Origin: Raillietiella orientalis
Lineage: Eukaryota
DNA: 64,000 nucleotides
Assembly: GCA_036172245.1 (NCBI GenBank)
Contig: JAYWIR010000024.1
Coordinates: 2,542,001-2,606,000 of the forward strand
Reading direction: 5' to 3'
The notes below the pieces were generated by a model. That model saw only the letters and a list, made by a program, of their open reading frames with translations, did no database searches and was not told the origin of the DNA. Positions 1 through 13,299 of this stretch are shown here, piece by piece (position 1 is the first letter of the stretch; every line of letters begins with the position of its first letter). Both the position numbers and the translations under genes were made by a program.

Positions 1-780
1 AAGGAAGAACAGACTAGGGGTTCATTCCGGTCCAAAAGGCTCTTGGAAACGATAGACTTGACGTTCTCCACGCGCCTTCCAGCAGGCGTTCCCTGCATCA
101 CTTCCCGGGTTCTGCTTGCGACTTCCGTTGGGAGACTCGTGGGCTTGAGAAAGACCGTTCCTGCATTGGGGTCTTCCGGCAAAGCCTACAGGCTATCGTG
201 GTGCACGGTATCTCGCATTCTTGTTCCTGCCTCCCCGGTGCTCGTAATGAGTTTTCCCAGAATCCAAATGACGGGCGGAATCACAAAAGAGACGGTGTTT
301 TTTTTTTTTTTCTCCATTCTCTGGCTGAGGTTATTAAGATCTGCACACGCCAGTAACTCACTTGAAAGACGTGAACCGGCGCATGCTTGCCCAGGAGGTC
401 GCATCTAGTGAAACGTCTGCACCAGACGTATGATTTTCGGCTATTTCCTGGAATCCATTTGTGGATTCCGAGCTTCGTTGTGAGAGCAGATGATCGGAAT
501 GGTCGGGCATGCCGAAAACGCTTGCGTTCGGGAGTTTCGCAATGGCAAGCGGGTTTTTTTTTTTTTTCGCCTCCTTTCGGCGATGGGTTTTCGCCGAAAG
601 GAGGCAGAAACGCACTGCGCTCCGCTGAAGAGATTTTTAGAGACGTCTGTGGTTTCCGCCAGGACGGGTCGGTGCAGGAGAGCATCTTCTTCGCACAGCC
701 GGTTAGTTCCTTGATCAGATGTGCGGTTTGCTTCTTCTCGGAAGAGTAAGTTGAGTAAGCGCCTGCCGCCGTCATCGGAG
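1..780 (-). mobile_element. Decayed Tigger/pogo-like DNA transposon (CENP-B HTH and start of DDE_1 domain), truncated by window edge
   Basis: Frameshifted minus-strand peptides PERKRFR..KW, SGADVSLDA..FTSFK and NAGTVFLKP..LP..QG..EPLV resemble, in order, the Tigger motifs RKR.R..L..W, SG..KA..FKAS.GW and NADETGLF.K.LP..PL. Confidence 0.42.
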
Positions 781-1499
781 CTCTCGGAAGAATTTTCGTG
801 TAGCTTCGTGCATCAGCATTCCCTTGTCCGGTTTCGCATCCTCATCTTCTTTGCTCGAATCTTCGGGCAGCGTCAGAGTTTCCGATTTGCTTGCGCAATC
901 GCGGCTTTCCTCGCAACCCTCTTTCCACCCCTCCCCCACGCATTTTGTTTTGTGACGTCACAGCTGATGCCTGACCTGGCACCGAGCCCGTAATCTGTGC
1001 CAAAACGCGGAACCGCGGTGGTCCAGGGAGCCCTGTCTCTTCGCAAGGAGTTCATGCCTCAAGCACCCTGTTTTGAGAACAAGACTCTGTCTTTCTGATG
1101 ATCCTATGGTCTCGGGGAAGATGTATCCGAGGAGAACAGAGCCTCTGATGAGCGAGTGGTTTGGTGACGACTGCCTAAGGTGAGGACTCGGTCACGGTGG
1201 GAGCCAATCCAAGTTGTACCGATAGCCATTTAATAAACGAGATGAAACTGCAGAGAACACATCTCGGACTTCGTATCCAAGGTGAGTCTGTCGGGGATGT
1301 TCGACGTGGACAACACAATGAGGGTCAAGACGGAGGGTGGATTAAGAGGGAACGAAGCAACAAGGGAAGAATGTCCTTCTCGAAGATCCGAGTCAGGCAG
1401 GACGGACGGGATGCGCGAAAGGGGCACGGAGAGAAAGAGGGATTGCAGGTTATTGGGTTAAGCCATGCAGTCCGACGCCCGCAAGGTTCTCGATGACTC

Positions 1500-2400
1500 T
1501 CCGGACTTCAGCCGGGAGACGAAACCACCTTTTGCAGTTGCGATTGATGGAGCTCCGAGTCAAGGCTCTGGCGTTCCTCTCCCGCATCCGGGACATCCGT
1601 GATGGCTCGCACGTGGAACGGTTGAGTGGCTGATCGCGTGTCCGATGCCACAGGTGTATAGCACCGTGCTGGAGATCGCAAACTCAATCCCCGCGACGAA
1701 ATGCTCTCTTCCCTCCCTTCCCTTCCTCTGTCCTCGCCCCTTTCCAAAACGGGACTCGACTGTGGCAGAATGGTAAGGGTGACCGTGCAAGAGCACGACC
1801 GAAGTGCTCACCTCTTGAAAATTTACTGGCCGCAGATTCATTTGCTGAGAGATGAAATTAATTTCGGAGGTCACCCACAGCGGAGGGGTAATTTGTCATT
1901 CGTAACGGTCACATCCACGGTGGTGCATCGCTGCGGCAACTTCCCTTTCCGGGATAGGTGGGGTACTGAATTCACAAGGAACCTTCCCTAAGAGGGCGCC
2001 ATCAACTCCGCAAGAGCCTTTAGTGCTTCCTTGAGAAATGGAACGCGATCGGTCGCCAGGTGCTCGGTTTCGGGATCTCCTACCTGACCCATGGAGACCA
2101 CACGGATTATCGCGAGCACTGCTCCCATCGGAGAGCTCCGCTGCCCTTGCAGGTACCCCTTGACGGGGTGGATGGAGACACAGCGATCCACCCATCCGCG
2201 ATCCATTCCGCGATGTCGTTGGGGACCAAACCAGGGTTCTGGGAACACCTTCTGGTGTGACTCGGGCGAGTGGCAGGGACGAGGTCAGGGAAGGTGATGC
2301 GAGCGGGTGCCGCGACCAGCCCGGTGCGAGAAGTGGGGTGCGCGCAGACGAGGAAGATGTGAGGAGCTCGCGAACACTCACGTCCTCGCATCTTTCCCCT
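1500..2400 (-). mobile_element. L1/Tx1-like reverse transcriptase relic
   Basis: ORF 1988-2248 contains VKGYLQGQRSSPMGAVLAI, similar to RT domain 4 GVRQG.PLSP.LF; heavily degraded. Confidence 0.38.
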
Positions 2401-2559
2401 TTCCTCTTCCCCTCTTCTCCTCCCCCGGATGACACCGAGAGAGTGGTGTGATGGAGACCACAGCTTTTGGCGGACGGCGCCTCGCAGAGGCTTTTGCATC
2501 GCCTCGGCAGCTTTTTGGGTTACGGCGGCCTCGTCGCAACCAGGGCAGGTACACGGAAG

Positions 2560-3310
2560 TCGTGCGGAATCAATCAATCCGAGGCCAATCGGTGATGAGC
2601 AAAATTTACGGGACACGGACGACCATCGATCTTCGTTTGCGTGGACACATACGACGATTTTATTTTATTTTATTTTTTCCATTTCTCGCGCGCCTCCAGC
2701 CTGCCTTCACCCGAAAGCATCTCCTTTCCAGGTGGAGCGACTTTTGATTCCTTCCTTTTGTTTCTTAGGAAGATTATCCGGGGATGCATTTGTCTCCTCG
2801 TCAATCCTTTTCGTTCCCTCGACAATCTTCAGCAAAAAAAAAGCAAGCAGACGAAGAGGAAGGAGGAAGGAAGGTTAAGTTTCTGAGAACCGTGCGACAC
2901 GGGAGGCGTCGCAGCTGGCGGGCCGATTCGCCGAGCATCAAGAATAACGTGGAATCGGAGTTTCCATGGCAACGCCCAATGGAATCTGTGATCGTGGAGC
3001 GGAAATCTGGGATCCGATCATTTTCACTGATCTTAACGGATAAGGTGGCGGCTGAAATGATGCGGGCCTCAGGACCGCCTGATATCAATTTTCGTGACTT
3101 CCAGCGCTCGAGGGGAGAGGAGGGGGAGGGGGGAGAACATCAGCTGGCGCCGAGTAAGCGAGAGGCGAAATGGACCTGCCCCGAGGCGATTCACGCTATC
3201 GGAGACATCGAAGGTGCAAGCTCCAACATCGTCATTAATAACGCGCAGATGTGCCACTCTCACTGTTCGGAAACTCAGCTTTCCTATCGGCGAGATGTGC
3301 GATGAGGAGG
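2560..3310. promoter_or_regulatory. Candidate enhancer island
   Basis: Lower-GC sequence with no TE motifs; ATCAATCA (Pbx-type TGATTGAT on minus), CCAAT, RFX X-box GTTTCCATGGCAAC (2960-2973), CATTAATAA, E-boxes CAGCTG/CAGATG. Confidence 0.35.
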
Positions 3311-3649
3311 GAGCACGACGGCTGGTGCCGAAGGAGGAGTAAGAAACCTGCATCAGGCAGGCGGGGGAAGGACAAAGAAGCTGCGAGCGTTTTTGCAGGA
3401 ATCCCGCCTCCCATCTCATCCCGTTCTCCACCCATCCCCCACCTCGAGGACACGAGGATGTGCGCTTCAGAGTTCTGAAAAGCGGCGGAACAGGGTCGTC
3501 GACGTCTCTGAAGTCGGGAGGAGTGTGGGGCAGGAAGGCAGGTGGAAAGACCTATAGAAGGATGGGACGGAGGGGGCAGGTCTGTGTTCAACGAGAGCGA
3601 GCAGCGTAGGCAGCGTCGGCTAGGTCCCGACTGTGGATAGGAAGATGAG

Positions 3650-5472
3650 CTCGCCGGCTCCGTGGGCGCGTGGGAGTTGGATGCCTACGGGCGTGGCGAT
3701 ACCCACGAGCGACCGCGCCGAGGACGCCGAGCTTCGAGGCGGCGCACCAAAGTGAACCTTGGTGCAATACCAAGGTCGTGCTGGTTGCTGACGCCGCCTT
3801 CTCTCCGAAGCAGGTCGAAAGGGTTCCACGCGGACGGAGGCTGCGGCGGTGAGGAGGTCGGAGCACGAAAATCGCCATTTCTGAAGCAGCTGGAGACACC
3901 TGGAACGAACCAGGAGCTCCGTGTGCCGGCCACGGTTCCAGAAGCAGCAGCCTCCGCTCGCATGGAACCCGCTCGATCTGCTTTGGAGAGAAGTCTGCGT
4001 CGGACTAACTCTGGTCCACGCAGCAAATTTCCGGGGAATCACGAAACGCCAGGATTTCACAAAGAGCTTGAAGGGGATTCTGGAGTGCACCAGCAAAAGA
4101 AGGCGGAAGTAAAGTGCCTCAGGGCGTATCACCCGCTGCTGCACACTTTTTCCCGTGATGCATTCTGCCATCCTCTTAGTCCAAAAGGGAACCTCCACCA
4201 CCCTTCTCCTCTAACGACATTTCAGAGCATCGCTTTCCGATCCCGTGGATGCATAGAAGTCCGCATCTCCCTCTTTCCTCCTCCCTCTTTCCCTCCCCAG
4301 AGAACGTTTTGATTCCGCAGTGATCCTGGCATGCGCAACTCAATCGTGCCACTGCAGCTGGGAGTGTCTGTTCTCCCAAAGCTCTCTTTCCAGAAGGCTG
4401 CGCTTCCCGTTGCAGATGACCCGAGGATAGCCAGCATTATCGATCGCAGCCAAAATTCTGGTGCTCCTGATTCTCATTCTATGGAAGATGTCCAAGGAGC
4501 AAGGTCCTTCCCGAATGACGTGGCACTTTCGATCCCAACACTCAGCATCTCCCTTGCCGCAGCGCTGCCCTCTCTAAAGGCAGCATCCTTGCAGATAGAT
4601 GGGAGGTTAGCGTGGAAATCTCTGGAAAAGAAAAGGACTGAGCGAGTGGACGACGGGCCAGCTTGCAGATGTTGCGACCCCGAGTGTCCCATCTCGAGGA
4701 CTTCAGCTCTGGGGCGAGCTGCTGGATGTTCCACAGGAAGATCTGCAGTGGCTCCTGGTGCTCCTGGACACTCACACCCCACCTCTAAAGTGACAGGAGC
4801 CGGCGTAGATGCTACTGCACTGGGGACTCCTGTGCAACGCCCGCAGGCATCACTGGTCTCCAGAGGGAGCGATCACGAACTGTGGCAGATGCGGGATGCC
4901 TTCTTGTGGATTGTGTTGCCCTCCGACTCCTCTAAGAACTCTTTGTCGTGACCCTCGGTATCGCGAGTGGGAACCTCAGGGATGGATTGCAATCCCTCTT
5001 CATGCGCGACGCACTGCCGCCGGCAGCATCCCTAGCAGCTCCTTGCTGCCTCCGCGGGATTGCAGCGGTCTAGTGCGAACGCCAGAGGAGGGCCGAGCGA
5101 CAGGGATGCCACGTCCACTTTGCCGTCCGCTTCATGGAACCAAGAGAATGGCAACAAGATGGACCCTCCTGGAAACGTCATCCAGCAAGAACTTGCCGGC
5201 ATCCTCCAAAGGATGCAGAGGACTGCCCGCAGCAGACTGCAATCCCTTCCTCCACCCTTCCAAGTTCATTTATTTATTTTTCATTTTTGTTTCTGTTTCT
5301 TTTTGCTTGCTCCCTCTCCTCTGCTGCCGAGGAGAACCTCACCGATCCGCTTACCGGCAACTGGGCAGGTTCCTTTGGAAATGGACGTGGTTGGACCACC
5401 GATCCAACGGCACAGGTTGAAAAATTTCATTTTTTTTTTTTATTAAATAAACATCCCGGCGTATCCGGGTGG
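3650..5472 (+). mobile_element. L1/Tx1-like non-LTR retrotransposon 3' half (copy 1), degraded
   Basis: LLHWGLLCNARRHH followed by CGRCG (zf-RVT/CCHC C-terminus), T-rich 3'UTR, AATAAA at 5446-5451; alignable by eye with copies at 8380-9250 and 60637-61650. 5' boundary uncertain. Confidence 0.75.
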
Positions 5473-5949
5473 AAAGACACTCAGCACTCCCCTCTGTCAG
5501 TCGCTCTGGATGTCACCACGTCCTGCATCTTTGACTCATTCTCATCCTGCGGCGTATCCAATCACTCGACCGGCCATCTGCCGGTCCGTCGCTTTGCGGT
5601 GAGGTGCTCGAACATTGATACAGTGCCTCGTGGTCGGTGAGCTTGCGATCCTTCAAGGCGGCTCCACGGCAACGGAACGAAAGCTTCCGTCTCCTCCTCC
5701 ACGGGATCCCTTTCTTTTGAAGCCGCACAGCCTGGGGTCCTCAGAAGCTGATGGGAGGAGCTGTGTCGGCAGCAATCGCTTTGGCTTGGAGGGCGAGAAG
5801 AAGAGTTATCGACGAAAGATATCCCCATTCCTCACTTTTCTTCTCTTCCTCCTCATCACCATCATCATCTTTCTCCTTGTCTCCCTCATCATCGTCCTTC
5901 TCTTTTTCGACTCATTCCGAGTGCGCGGAGTTTAAGGAAAACACACATA

Positions 5950-7270
5950 GCATCTTCACTTGCACCAGGCTGCCGAGCCTCTCCAAGAGGAGTCTCTTCG
6001 GAGAAAAGGAGGAATGGCAGCGGAAGGCTGCCGCTCCATACGAGAGGAAGTGTCGTTGGCAAGAAGACAGGGGAGCGGAGGCTGATGGGGAAGGTCCAGA
6101 TTTCGGAAGGAAAGACATGGTGCGGGCTGAGGAAGCGCTTGACTTCGGGGAAAGTGAAGAGGGGTGGCACTTTAGGTCCAGGAGGTGTCCGGTCGGGCGG
6201 GAACCTTCCTCCATCCGGCAGGTCGACTGATCCTGGGAATCTGTGGACCCAGTTCCGAGGAGCCTGGTCGCATCCTTCACAGCTTTGTCCCCCTCGGTCG
6301 AGGAGGAACCGATCGATGAATCCGTCCTCTCTAGGGCTCAAGGATCCCCTCGGCTTCCCTGGGCGAAGTCGAGCAGAGGAAAGGGAAGGACCATGACGAA
6401 CGCGGGGGACTTCGCGGGAAATGTTGATAGGAAAATCCGAGCGACAGGAAAGGATGGGGATGGAAAGATCATCTCATGGCAGTAGGCTGCCCCTGAGCAG
6501 GTGGGAGAGGAGAACTGGGAATCCCTCGGGTTTCACCTTAGCGCTCACACATGGGAGGGGGTAAATGGAAGCTCGCAGGCAGGGAGGAAACAGTCGGTAT
6601 CCTGGTCAATTGAGCGCTCTCCCTCAGTTCCCACGTCTTCTCCTTCGGGAGCGGAATGCGAGGGAGAGAGGAGGGGAGGGGGAATCGAGTGCCTGTCCGG
6701 TAACCAGAGGAGAGGGCAGCACTATTGCGAGCAGATGAGTCTTTGTGGGAGTTTCAGGATGTGTTCACGAAGGAGACACGCGCTTCGCCCGACTGAGGGA
6801 GGGAGGAGACCGCATACTTGTGCCGAGGGGGAATCCGCGTGCTACGGGAGCTCCTCAACCTCCTGAGGGTGGGAGCACTTCGAACGACGTGGAGCTGCGT
6901 TCCTCGGATCTCTGGGACTGGCGAGGGAGAGGCGCAGTGAATCAGACTAATCATACATTCCCTAATCCGCTTTCCTCCCCTGCCGCTGTGCTGGTCAGGA
7001 TCGGCCGGTTCAAATGCCGCCATGTTGTCCGCTCCCTCGTTGGTTCTTTCGATTGTTTTGCCGGTTGATGGTCGATGTGGCTCCTCAACATCGGAGAAAC
7101 TCTGAGGAGGTACACTCGAAGATGCGTAGCGCGAGAGTATACCGGAGAGAGGAGGAGAAGGGAAGCTCTGTGGAGGCACCTGAAGCTGCCGCATCTTCAC
7201 GACATGGGAGGTAGCAATCAGGAACGCCTTCGCGGTGCATTTTGGGAAAGCAAGGGGGAAGGGTGAGAGA
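5950..7270 (+). mobile_element. L1/Tx1-like ORF1 zinc-knuckle and APE endonuclease relic
   Basis: Knuckle remnants EEGWHFRSRRCP and SHPSQLCP, then HTWEGVNG (TWNVNG-like), DLWDWR..HTF..VRIGRF (L.D.WR..YTF..SRIDRF) and WLLN, in the expected order. Confidence 0.55.
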
Positions 7271-8379
7271 AACGGAGGGAGGGAACGAATCCTGATCCCT
7301 TCCGGTTGAACTCAGAAGAGGTTGAACTCAGATCCCCTGCAGTCGTCGTTGAAGAGGAACGATCTTCCCGGCGCCCTGGCACGCCTGCAAACGCCGATGA
7401 GGAAGCATGGAGCAGGGTGGAGTAGCCAGGCGCAAAGAAAGAGGGAAAATGGGGGTTGCTGGGGAATGGGATAGGATGGAAAAGTGAAGGAGGGATGTCA
7501 GTGGTGGCGTTCCCTCGGCCGCTGCTCGCATATTCCGGCATGTACGTGCGGTTGCATTCGACCCCCTTTGACCTCATGGCTCTGGTTCCTGGTTTTGCTA
7601 CCACGAAGGACGAGGGCGAGAACGATGAGGAGGAGCAGGAAAAGGATGAAGATAATGAAAAGGGTGAAAGAAGGGTGGACAGGGAGACGGGAAGAGGTGG
7701 AAGTGGAGATGATTCTTGGGAGCCAGCCACCAGGCAGTAGGAAGGAGTCGACGACTGACGTCCTGATGACGCGAGAGGATCGTCCTTCTGGTCACGCTCT
7801 CCCGATTTTTTCCTACCGAATAAGCTTCGTACGTGGAGCTCGCGTGGGTGCACACGCGTGCAAGTTCACGGATTGCAACCCCCTGGGGCGTACCCCAACT
7901 GGTGGAGTTTGCTAGGCGCGCCGCCAGCTGCTTTTCAAGGGGATGAGGAGGACTCCTCGGGGGAATTTCCCTGTCCCCACCCCCTTTTTCTCTTGATCCA
8001 CGCCACTTAGGGAGAGAAAGAGAGGGGGGTAGGGGGAGGGAAGGTAAGAATGGAAGGACTTGACGGAGGCGGTCACGAAAAAGGGGTGGAGTCGGTGCTC
8101 AGGTGCGTCCGCCAGCTCCTTCGACTCGCAACTCGGCTTGGTGCGCACGCGCACAGTCTCCTTCCTGGTGCTGCTGCTGCGTCACGTTTGGCTGCTTCCT
8201 GAGAAGGGACGTCCCTCTACCTCGAGCGCAGGTTCTGGACAGGGGCTCTTTCTGACTGCTCGGATGAATGGGGAAAGGAGATCCGGTATACCTACAGACT
8301 TCGGAAGCGACCCTTTCCCCCTCCTCCCCTCCTCCTCAAAACAACGACAGCAGGGACGACGACCGCGGGATCGGAGAGT

Positions 8380-11300
8380 GCCACCCGGTCACGCCGGGGC
8401 GTTTATTTCTAAACTCTGTACATTTGCGGTACTAGGCCCCGCTACGGCCAATAGATCGTGGGGTCTGCCGGGAAGCCGGTACGCAGACCGTCTCGACTCT
8501 CCTCGGCAGCGGAGGGGATGGGGGAGAAAACAGGAATAAAAATAAAAAGGAAAACAAAAAAAGAAACAATTGGGTGGGCCGGGAAGGGATCACTGTCTGC
8601 TGGAGGAAGGGACCATCCTTTCCAGGATACCCTCGAGGTCCCTCGTCATAGCTCCCAGATGGGACCAGCCGATCGCGATTCGCAGGTAGCGACCCGCGTG
8701 TACGGAGGCAGCAGAGCGCTGCCAGGGCTGAAGCTGGATGCAGGGCGTCTTGCACGAAGAGGAGTAGCACAATGTCTCTGGGGGGACTGCCGACCGGCAT
8801 CCGGAGGGTCGTAGCAAAACGTTCCCACAAGGGCCGGAGGGCAGCGCAGTCCACTAACAGGTGGGGGAGGGATTCCTTCTCCCCGCACACTGCACAGCTC
8901 TGTCCCACGTTCCCCAACGTTCAGTGGTGGCGGCGCGCGTTGCAGGGAAGACCCCAGTGCAACAACAGCAGCGCCGTTTCCTGCCACTTGAGGGGGAGGG
9001 TGGATGTGTCTCTGAATAACGGGGGCCACTTTAGGTCATCCAGCGGGATGCCAAGCAGCTCGCCCCATCTCTGGATTCCTCGCGGGAGAACGCTTGGAGT
9101 CGCGGCGTCAGCCAGTTCCCTCATGGTCCACCCACTTAACTCCTTCTCCTTGCCCGCTATCCGGCAGGTGACTTGCCACCTCAGTTTCCGTCTGTTATGA
9201 AGCGCCCTCCTCAAGAAGGGCAGCACCGTGGTCGGTGGGGTCTCTCCTCCCACGTGACTTCTGTCGACACTCGATCATGTTCCGCAGCGTGCAGAGGGTG
9301 TAGATGCCGAGTCGCAGGCGGTTCCAGGATTCTCCACTAGGCTGGTTCAACTTCGCCCACGTGCCAACTGTTTCTTCCAGACATGCGCTGAAGTTGGCGG
9401 GGCTGCAGGCTATCCAGCCGTTCTCCTTGGCCAGGGTGGCCATGCATCCGAGGAGAAGGCCGCATCTTATTTTCCGGCCGGGCACAGAAGAAAAGAGGAG
9501 AACCCTCCCGCTCTGGATGCACGACTGGCGAGGAGGCGGGCCGGAACGCACCAAGGGGTGCTCCAATATTTCGCTGCGATGGCCATGGTTCTCCATCGCA
9601 TCCGGATTTCTATGCGCTCGAGCGGGGGGAGGTTGCCGTCCCGACGCGGAGTGCATAATCCCTTAAGCCGGACTCAGGCCTCCCGTCGCCCCACAGGGCG
9701 ATGCGCAGGAGGTCCTTCGTTCTGTTTTTCACCTCACGGGGTACAGGAAAAACAAAAAGCAGGGGGCAAAGGATGGGGACCGCGAACACGTTCTACACTG
9801 CGGCCCATTCCGGTGAGTCAAACTTGCCTTCCATGAACGAGCCGATCGCCGACTCCACTTTCTGGAGACGACCTGACCAGGTTTCTGACTGGCAGAAGTT
9901 CCCAACGAAACGCCGAGGTACTTCAAGTACCTCCCCGTGGGGATCCCCAGGAGGATCCAATCAGGTCGTCCTGCCCACGCTGCACCAACCGCCACCACCG
10001 ACGACTCCGACCTGTTCACCCGTAGTCCTGTCACGCGGCTCAGCAAGTAGAAGAAATCCTCGACTGCCAGAATCGGGGATGGGAGCGAGGAATGGCACAC
10101 GTCCAGGAAGCGCCCCGCGTGCAGCTCTGCAGCCTCCCTGGTGGAGACGGAATCCCGGCATTCCAACCGGGAAAAGGCGAGAGCTGCGGCGCCGCGCTGG
10201 GAATCGGGATCGGGAGGAAGGTGTTCTCTCCTCCTCGAAGAACGGTCAGGATGAGCGCAAAAGATAAGAGGAGGGAAGAAAAAGGCAAAAAAGTGGGTAG
10301 GTGGGGAAATTTTTCAACTAGCAATAATCACGGCTCAGTCGCCTTCCTCGCCTATGATACTGCCCGTGCGCAAGGCTTAGGTAGGTGGGGATGGGGAGAT
10401 TCCAATGGGATTCCAGGAAACCTCATGAAGGAGGAATTTTTTTCCCCACCTTCCTGGATGGATGGGCCTTCCTTTGATCCGCGCGTGCTCTGCGGCAAGG
10501 GCACGGTGGCGATGGCTTGGGCTCGTCCGGAGGCGCCTCCGTAGGGGAACGGAGAAGGTGGAAGGAGAGGAAAGGGGAAGAGGCGAGGGTGTCACGTGAC
10601 GTCGGGGCGAAGGCAAGAAAGGAAGAAAAGGGACGGCGAAAAAAACGGGAGAGCTTCCTGCCCCACCATCCCTGGGAGCCCCGCGAGTACGAGGGAGAGG
10701 CGAGAGGTCCCCTCTCGTGGCTTCCTCATGTGGGATGGGATCCTCCGCAGAGGGTCGCTGCCACCGCCCCGCGAGCACCGGGAGAGGCGTGAGGGGAAGA
10801 TCGGTGCCGCGGGAAGGGGAGGAAGAGCCACGCGCCCTCTCTGGCGACTGCTACCAGCAAGCGCGGCGTCCCGAGAAATCTCATTCCCGCGCCTCCAGGT
10901 ACGAGGTTCTCCCGGGATCCCGTCCGGCGGGCAGCCTCGTCCCGGATGGCCTGTCGTTAAATTCCTCGCCCGCGAGAGGGGGGAGGATCTCTCCTCTCCC
11001 GATTGCTTCCGGGAGCCCCCGAAAGGGCTCTTCCCTGGACTCTTGCGTGAGCGAGAGAAGGGAAACGGGGGCGGCTGACTTCCGGAGGCGCGGTCCAGAA
11101 ACGCTGCAGGTTTGGGAATGATCGATTGTGTTTCGTTTCCGGGAAAGGGGGAAGAAGGGAAGAAAGGAGGAGGAGCACCCATATTCCAGGACGGGCGAGC
11201 TGATTCCCCTCGACGGGAAAAGGGGCGTCGTGGAAGGAGGAAGAGCGAATCGGGAGGCCGGAACCCCTTCGGCGCCTCGGACTCTTGTCAGTGGGGGGAG

Positions 11301-11450
11301 GTAAGGGAATCAACCTCCCCTCGGGAGCCGACGGAGGCTCCTCCCGTCGAGGAATCCGCTCCCGGTCCGGGAAGACGGGAGAGCGAGCATTCCGTGTCAA
11401 CCTTCGGGAGTTGGGCATCTTCAAAGCGTCGAATACCGAGGTGAAGAGTC
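8380..11450 (-). mobile_element. L1/Tx1-like ORF2 relic with 3' end (copy 2); possibly several nested fragments
   Basis: PPDGIPGE (RT domain 0), TGLRVNRSES and YLKYLGV (domains 6-7), LPLKWQETALLLLHWGLPCNARRHH (zf-RVT), CAVCGEKESLPHLLVDC (CCHC), T-rich UTR, AATAAA on minus at 8402-8407. Confidence 0.85.
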
Positions 11451-12374
11451 CCTAGGGAAGAGATCCCTTCCCCTTTCCTAGACGAATCACCCCCCCCCCC
11501 CATAATCGGATATTCAGCACGTTTCAGTTTTCTCTGCGCGTTCTTCCAAACGGGAAGGGTGGGGGGAGGGATTCCTTCTGGATCTGAAAAACCTGTTTTC
11601 TCTCTCCCCTCCCCACTAGCCGGAACCCGGATCTGGGGGCATCAGCTCACCCCCCACGGAGCCGAGTGGGCTCGCGGCCCTCCCACTCGGGCTCCCGGTC
11701 TCCACATGCATGCCTTCTCCTCCCCCTTCTCCCCCTGATGTGGATTCTCAAGGCTCCTCTGGAGCAGGGAAGAAACGGTGCAACCCTGCCTCTCCCTCGA
11801 GTTCCCGGAACGAACGCGCCTGCGGCTGAGCGTCCCCGTCCGCGAGGACGACCCGGCCTCCTTGAGCCTGCCAGGACGCGGCGTCATCCCCTCTGCGCTC
11901 TCCTTCCCCTCTGTGATTGGCTCCGGGCTCAGTTCGCGCGGGAAGGGTCACAGATGGCCAAACGCTCAGGAACGAAGGAAAGGAGGGGAAGAGAAGGAAG
12001 AATGGACGCGGGAGAGCCCACGCTCGAGCGGAGGGGAAGGCGAGCTTCGAGGCTGCTGACTTCCGGTCAGGAAGAGGGCGCCCACGGTCTTCGCCTGGGG
12101 TGATGACGATGAGGGGAGGAGCATATCGCGGTTGTCTCGGGAGGGACGGAGACGTCCGCTCCGCGCTGCTCATCTCGCGCGTCCTCCGGGATGAACAAGG
12201 ATCCCATGAGGGAAGCGCCCGCGCGCGCTCAGCGCAGATTCCCGTTCCTCTCTTCCTTCCTCCTTTCCCACCACCCGAAATGGAGAGAGAGAGGAGGGAG
12301 CAGGAACCGAAGGAGGAATCAGGGAAGGACGAATCTGAGTCGAGGGTCCAGGCTGAAGAGGAGGGGATCCCTTC

Positions 12375-12499
12375 GCCGGAAGGGACCCGGCGGGGGAACG
12401 GGAGTTGTGGGCACCCGTTCCCAGAGGAAAGAGGGGAGTACTCCCTCTCGCGGACAGCGTCCGGAGAGACCGTCTCCCTACGGCTCCGGAAGGCGAAGG
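12375..12499 (+). repeat. Direct repeat copy A (about 125 bp; partner 15320-15447)
   Basis: Manual alignment gives 9 substitutions and 2 small indels; flanks do not align by eye. Confidence 0.9.
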
Positions 12500-13299
12500 A
12501 GCGAGACTCCAGGTCGTGGGACCCTTAAGGCACAACTGGGAATGGCGGCATCTCTCTTCCCAGGGACACTGCCGAAGTGGAGCCGCTGTTCTGCCTCTCC
12601 TCCTCCTCCTTTGGTCTTCCTCTCTAGAAGACCAAGGAGCGGAGGAAGGAGAGGTAGGTCCCTCTGGTCAGGTAGTGCCAATAAACTCCAACAGGTGGCA
12701 CTGTTGCTCTTCTCGGGGTCCCTCCCTCCGCAACAGAGAGGTCAGGGATGTGGATCTCCGAGATCAGCACCCGTGGTGGGATCAACCAGTTTGCGACGAG
12801 GGTCGAGGGCGACAGCCTCCCGTCTTCCCTTCTTCTCTCTCTTTTGCCCGAGCTTGCGGCGCAGGAGAGCAGGGTTCACCATGGCAACGCGGCCGAGTCG
12901 TTGCACCTTGGAGTGCTCAGGCGCCGTAACTGGTCACGGATGAGGGCGTCGCACCAGATGACGGCGGCAGGCGGCCAGCGAGCCGGTCGGTACCGTCGCC
13001 AGCAGCGCCGCAGGTCGGTGGCGATCGTAGGTGCCGCCGTAGCCTTCGCTGCGAGCGGCCTGCCGTGGGCGGCAGCCCCTGCGAGCCCCGGTGGGTGGGG
13101 AGCGAAGGCCAGGCGGGGAAGGCTGGCGCTGTGATCAGCAGCATCTCCGGGGGCGGGGGCGATAGGTGGCGCAACGCCAGCCTCCTCGCGGGAGGCAGGA
13201 AAACGGCGAAACACCTGCAGCGACGAGCCGACGAAAGGCTCTTCTTCGCTGCAGATGTGCAGCTTCCTCCACCCCCGCCTCTCTTCGAAAGTGATGACC

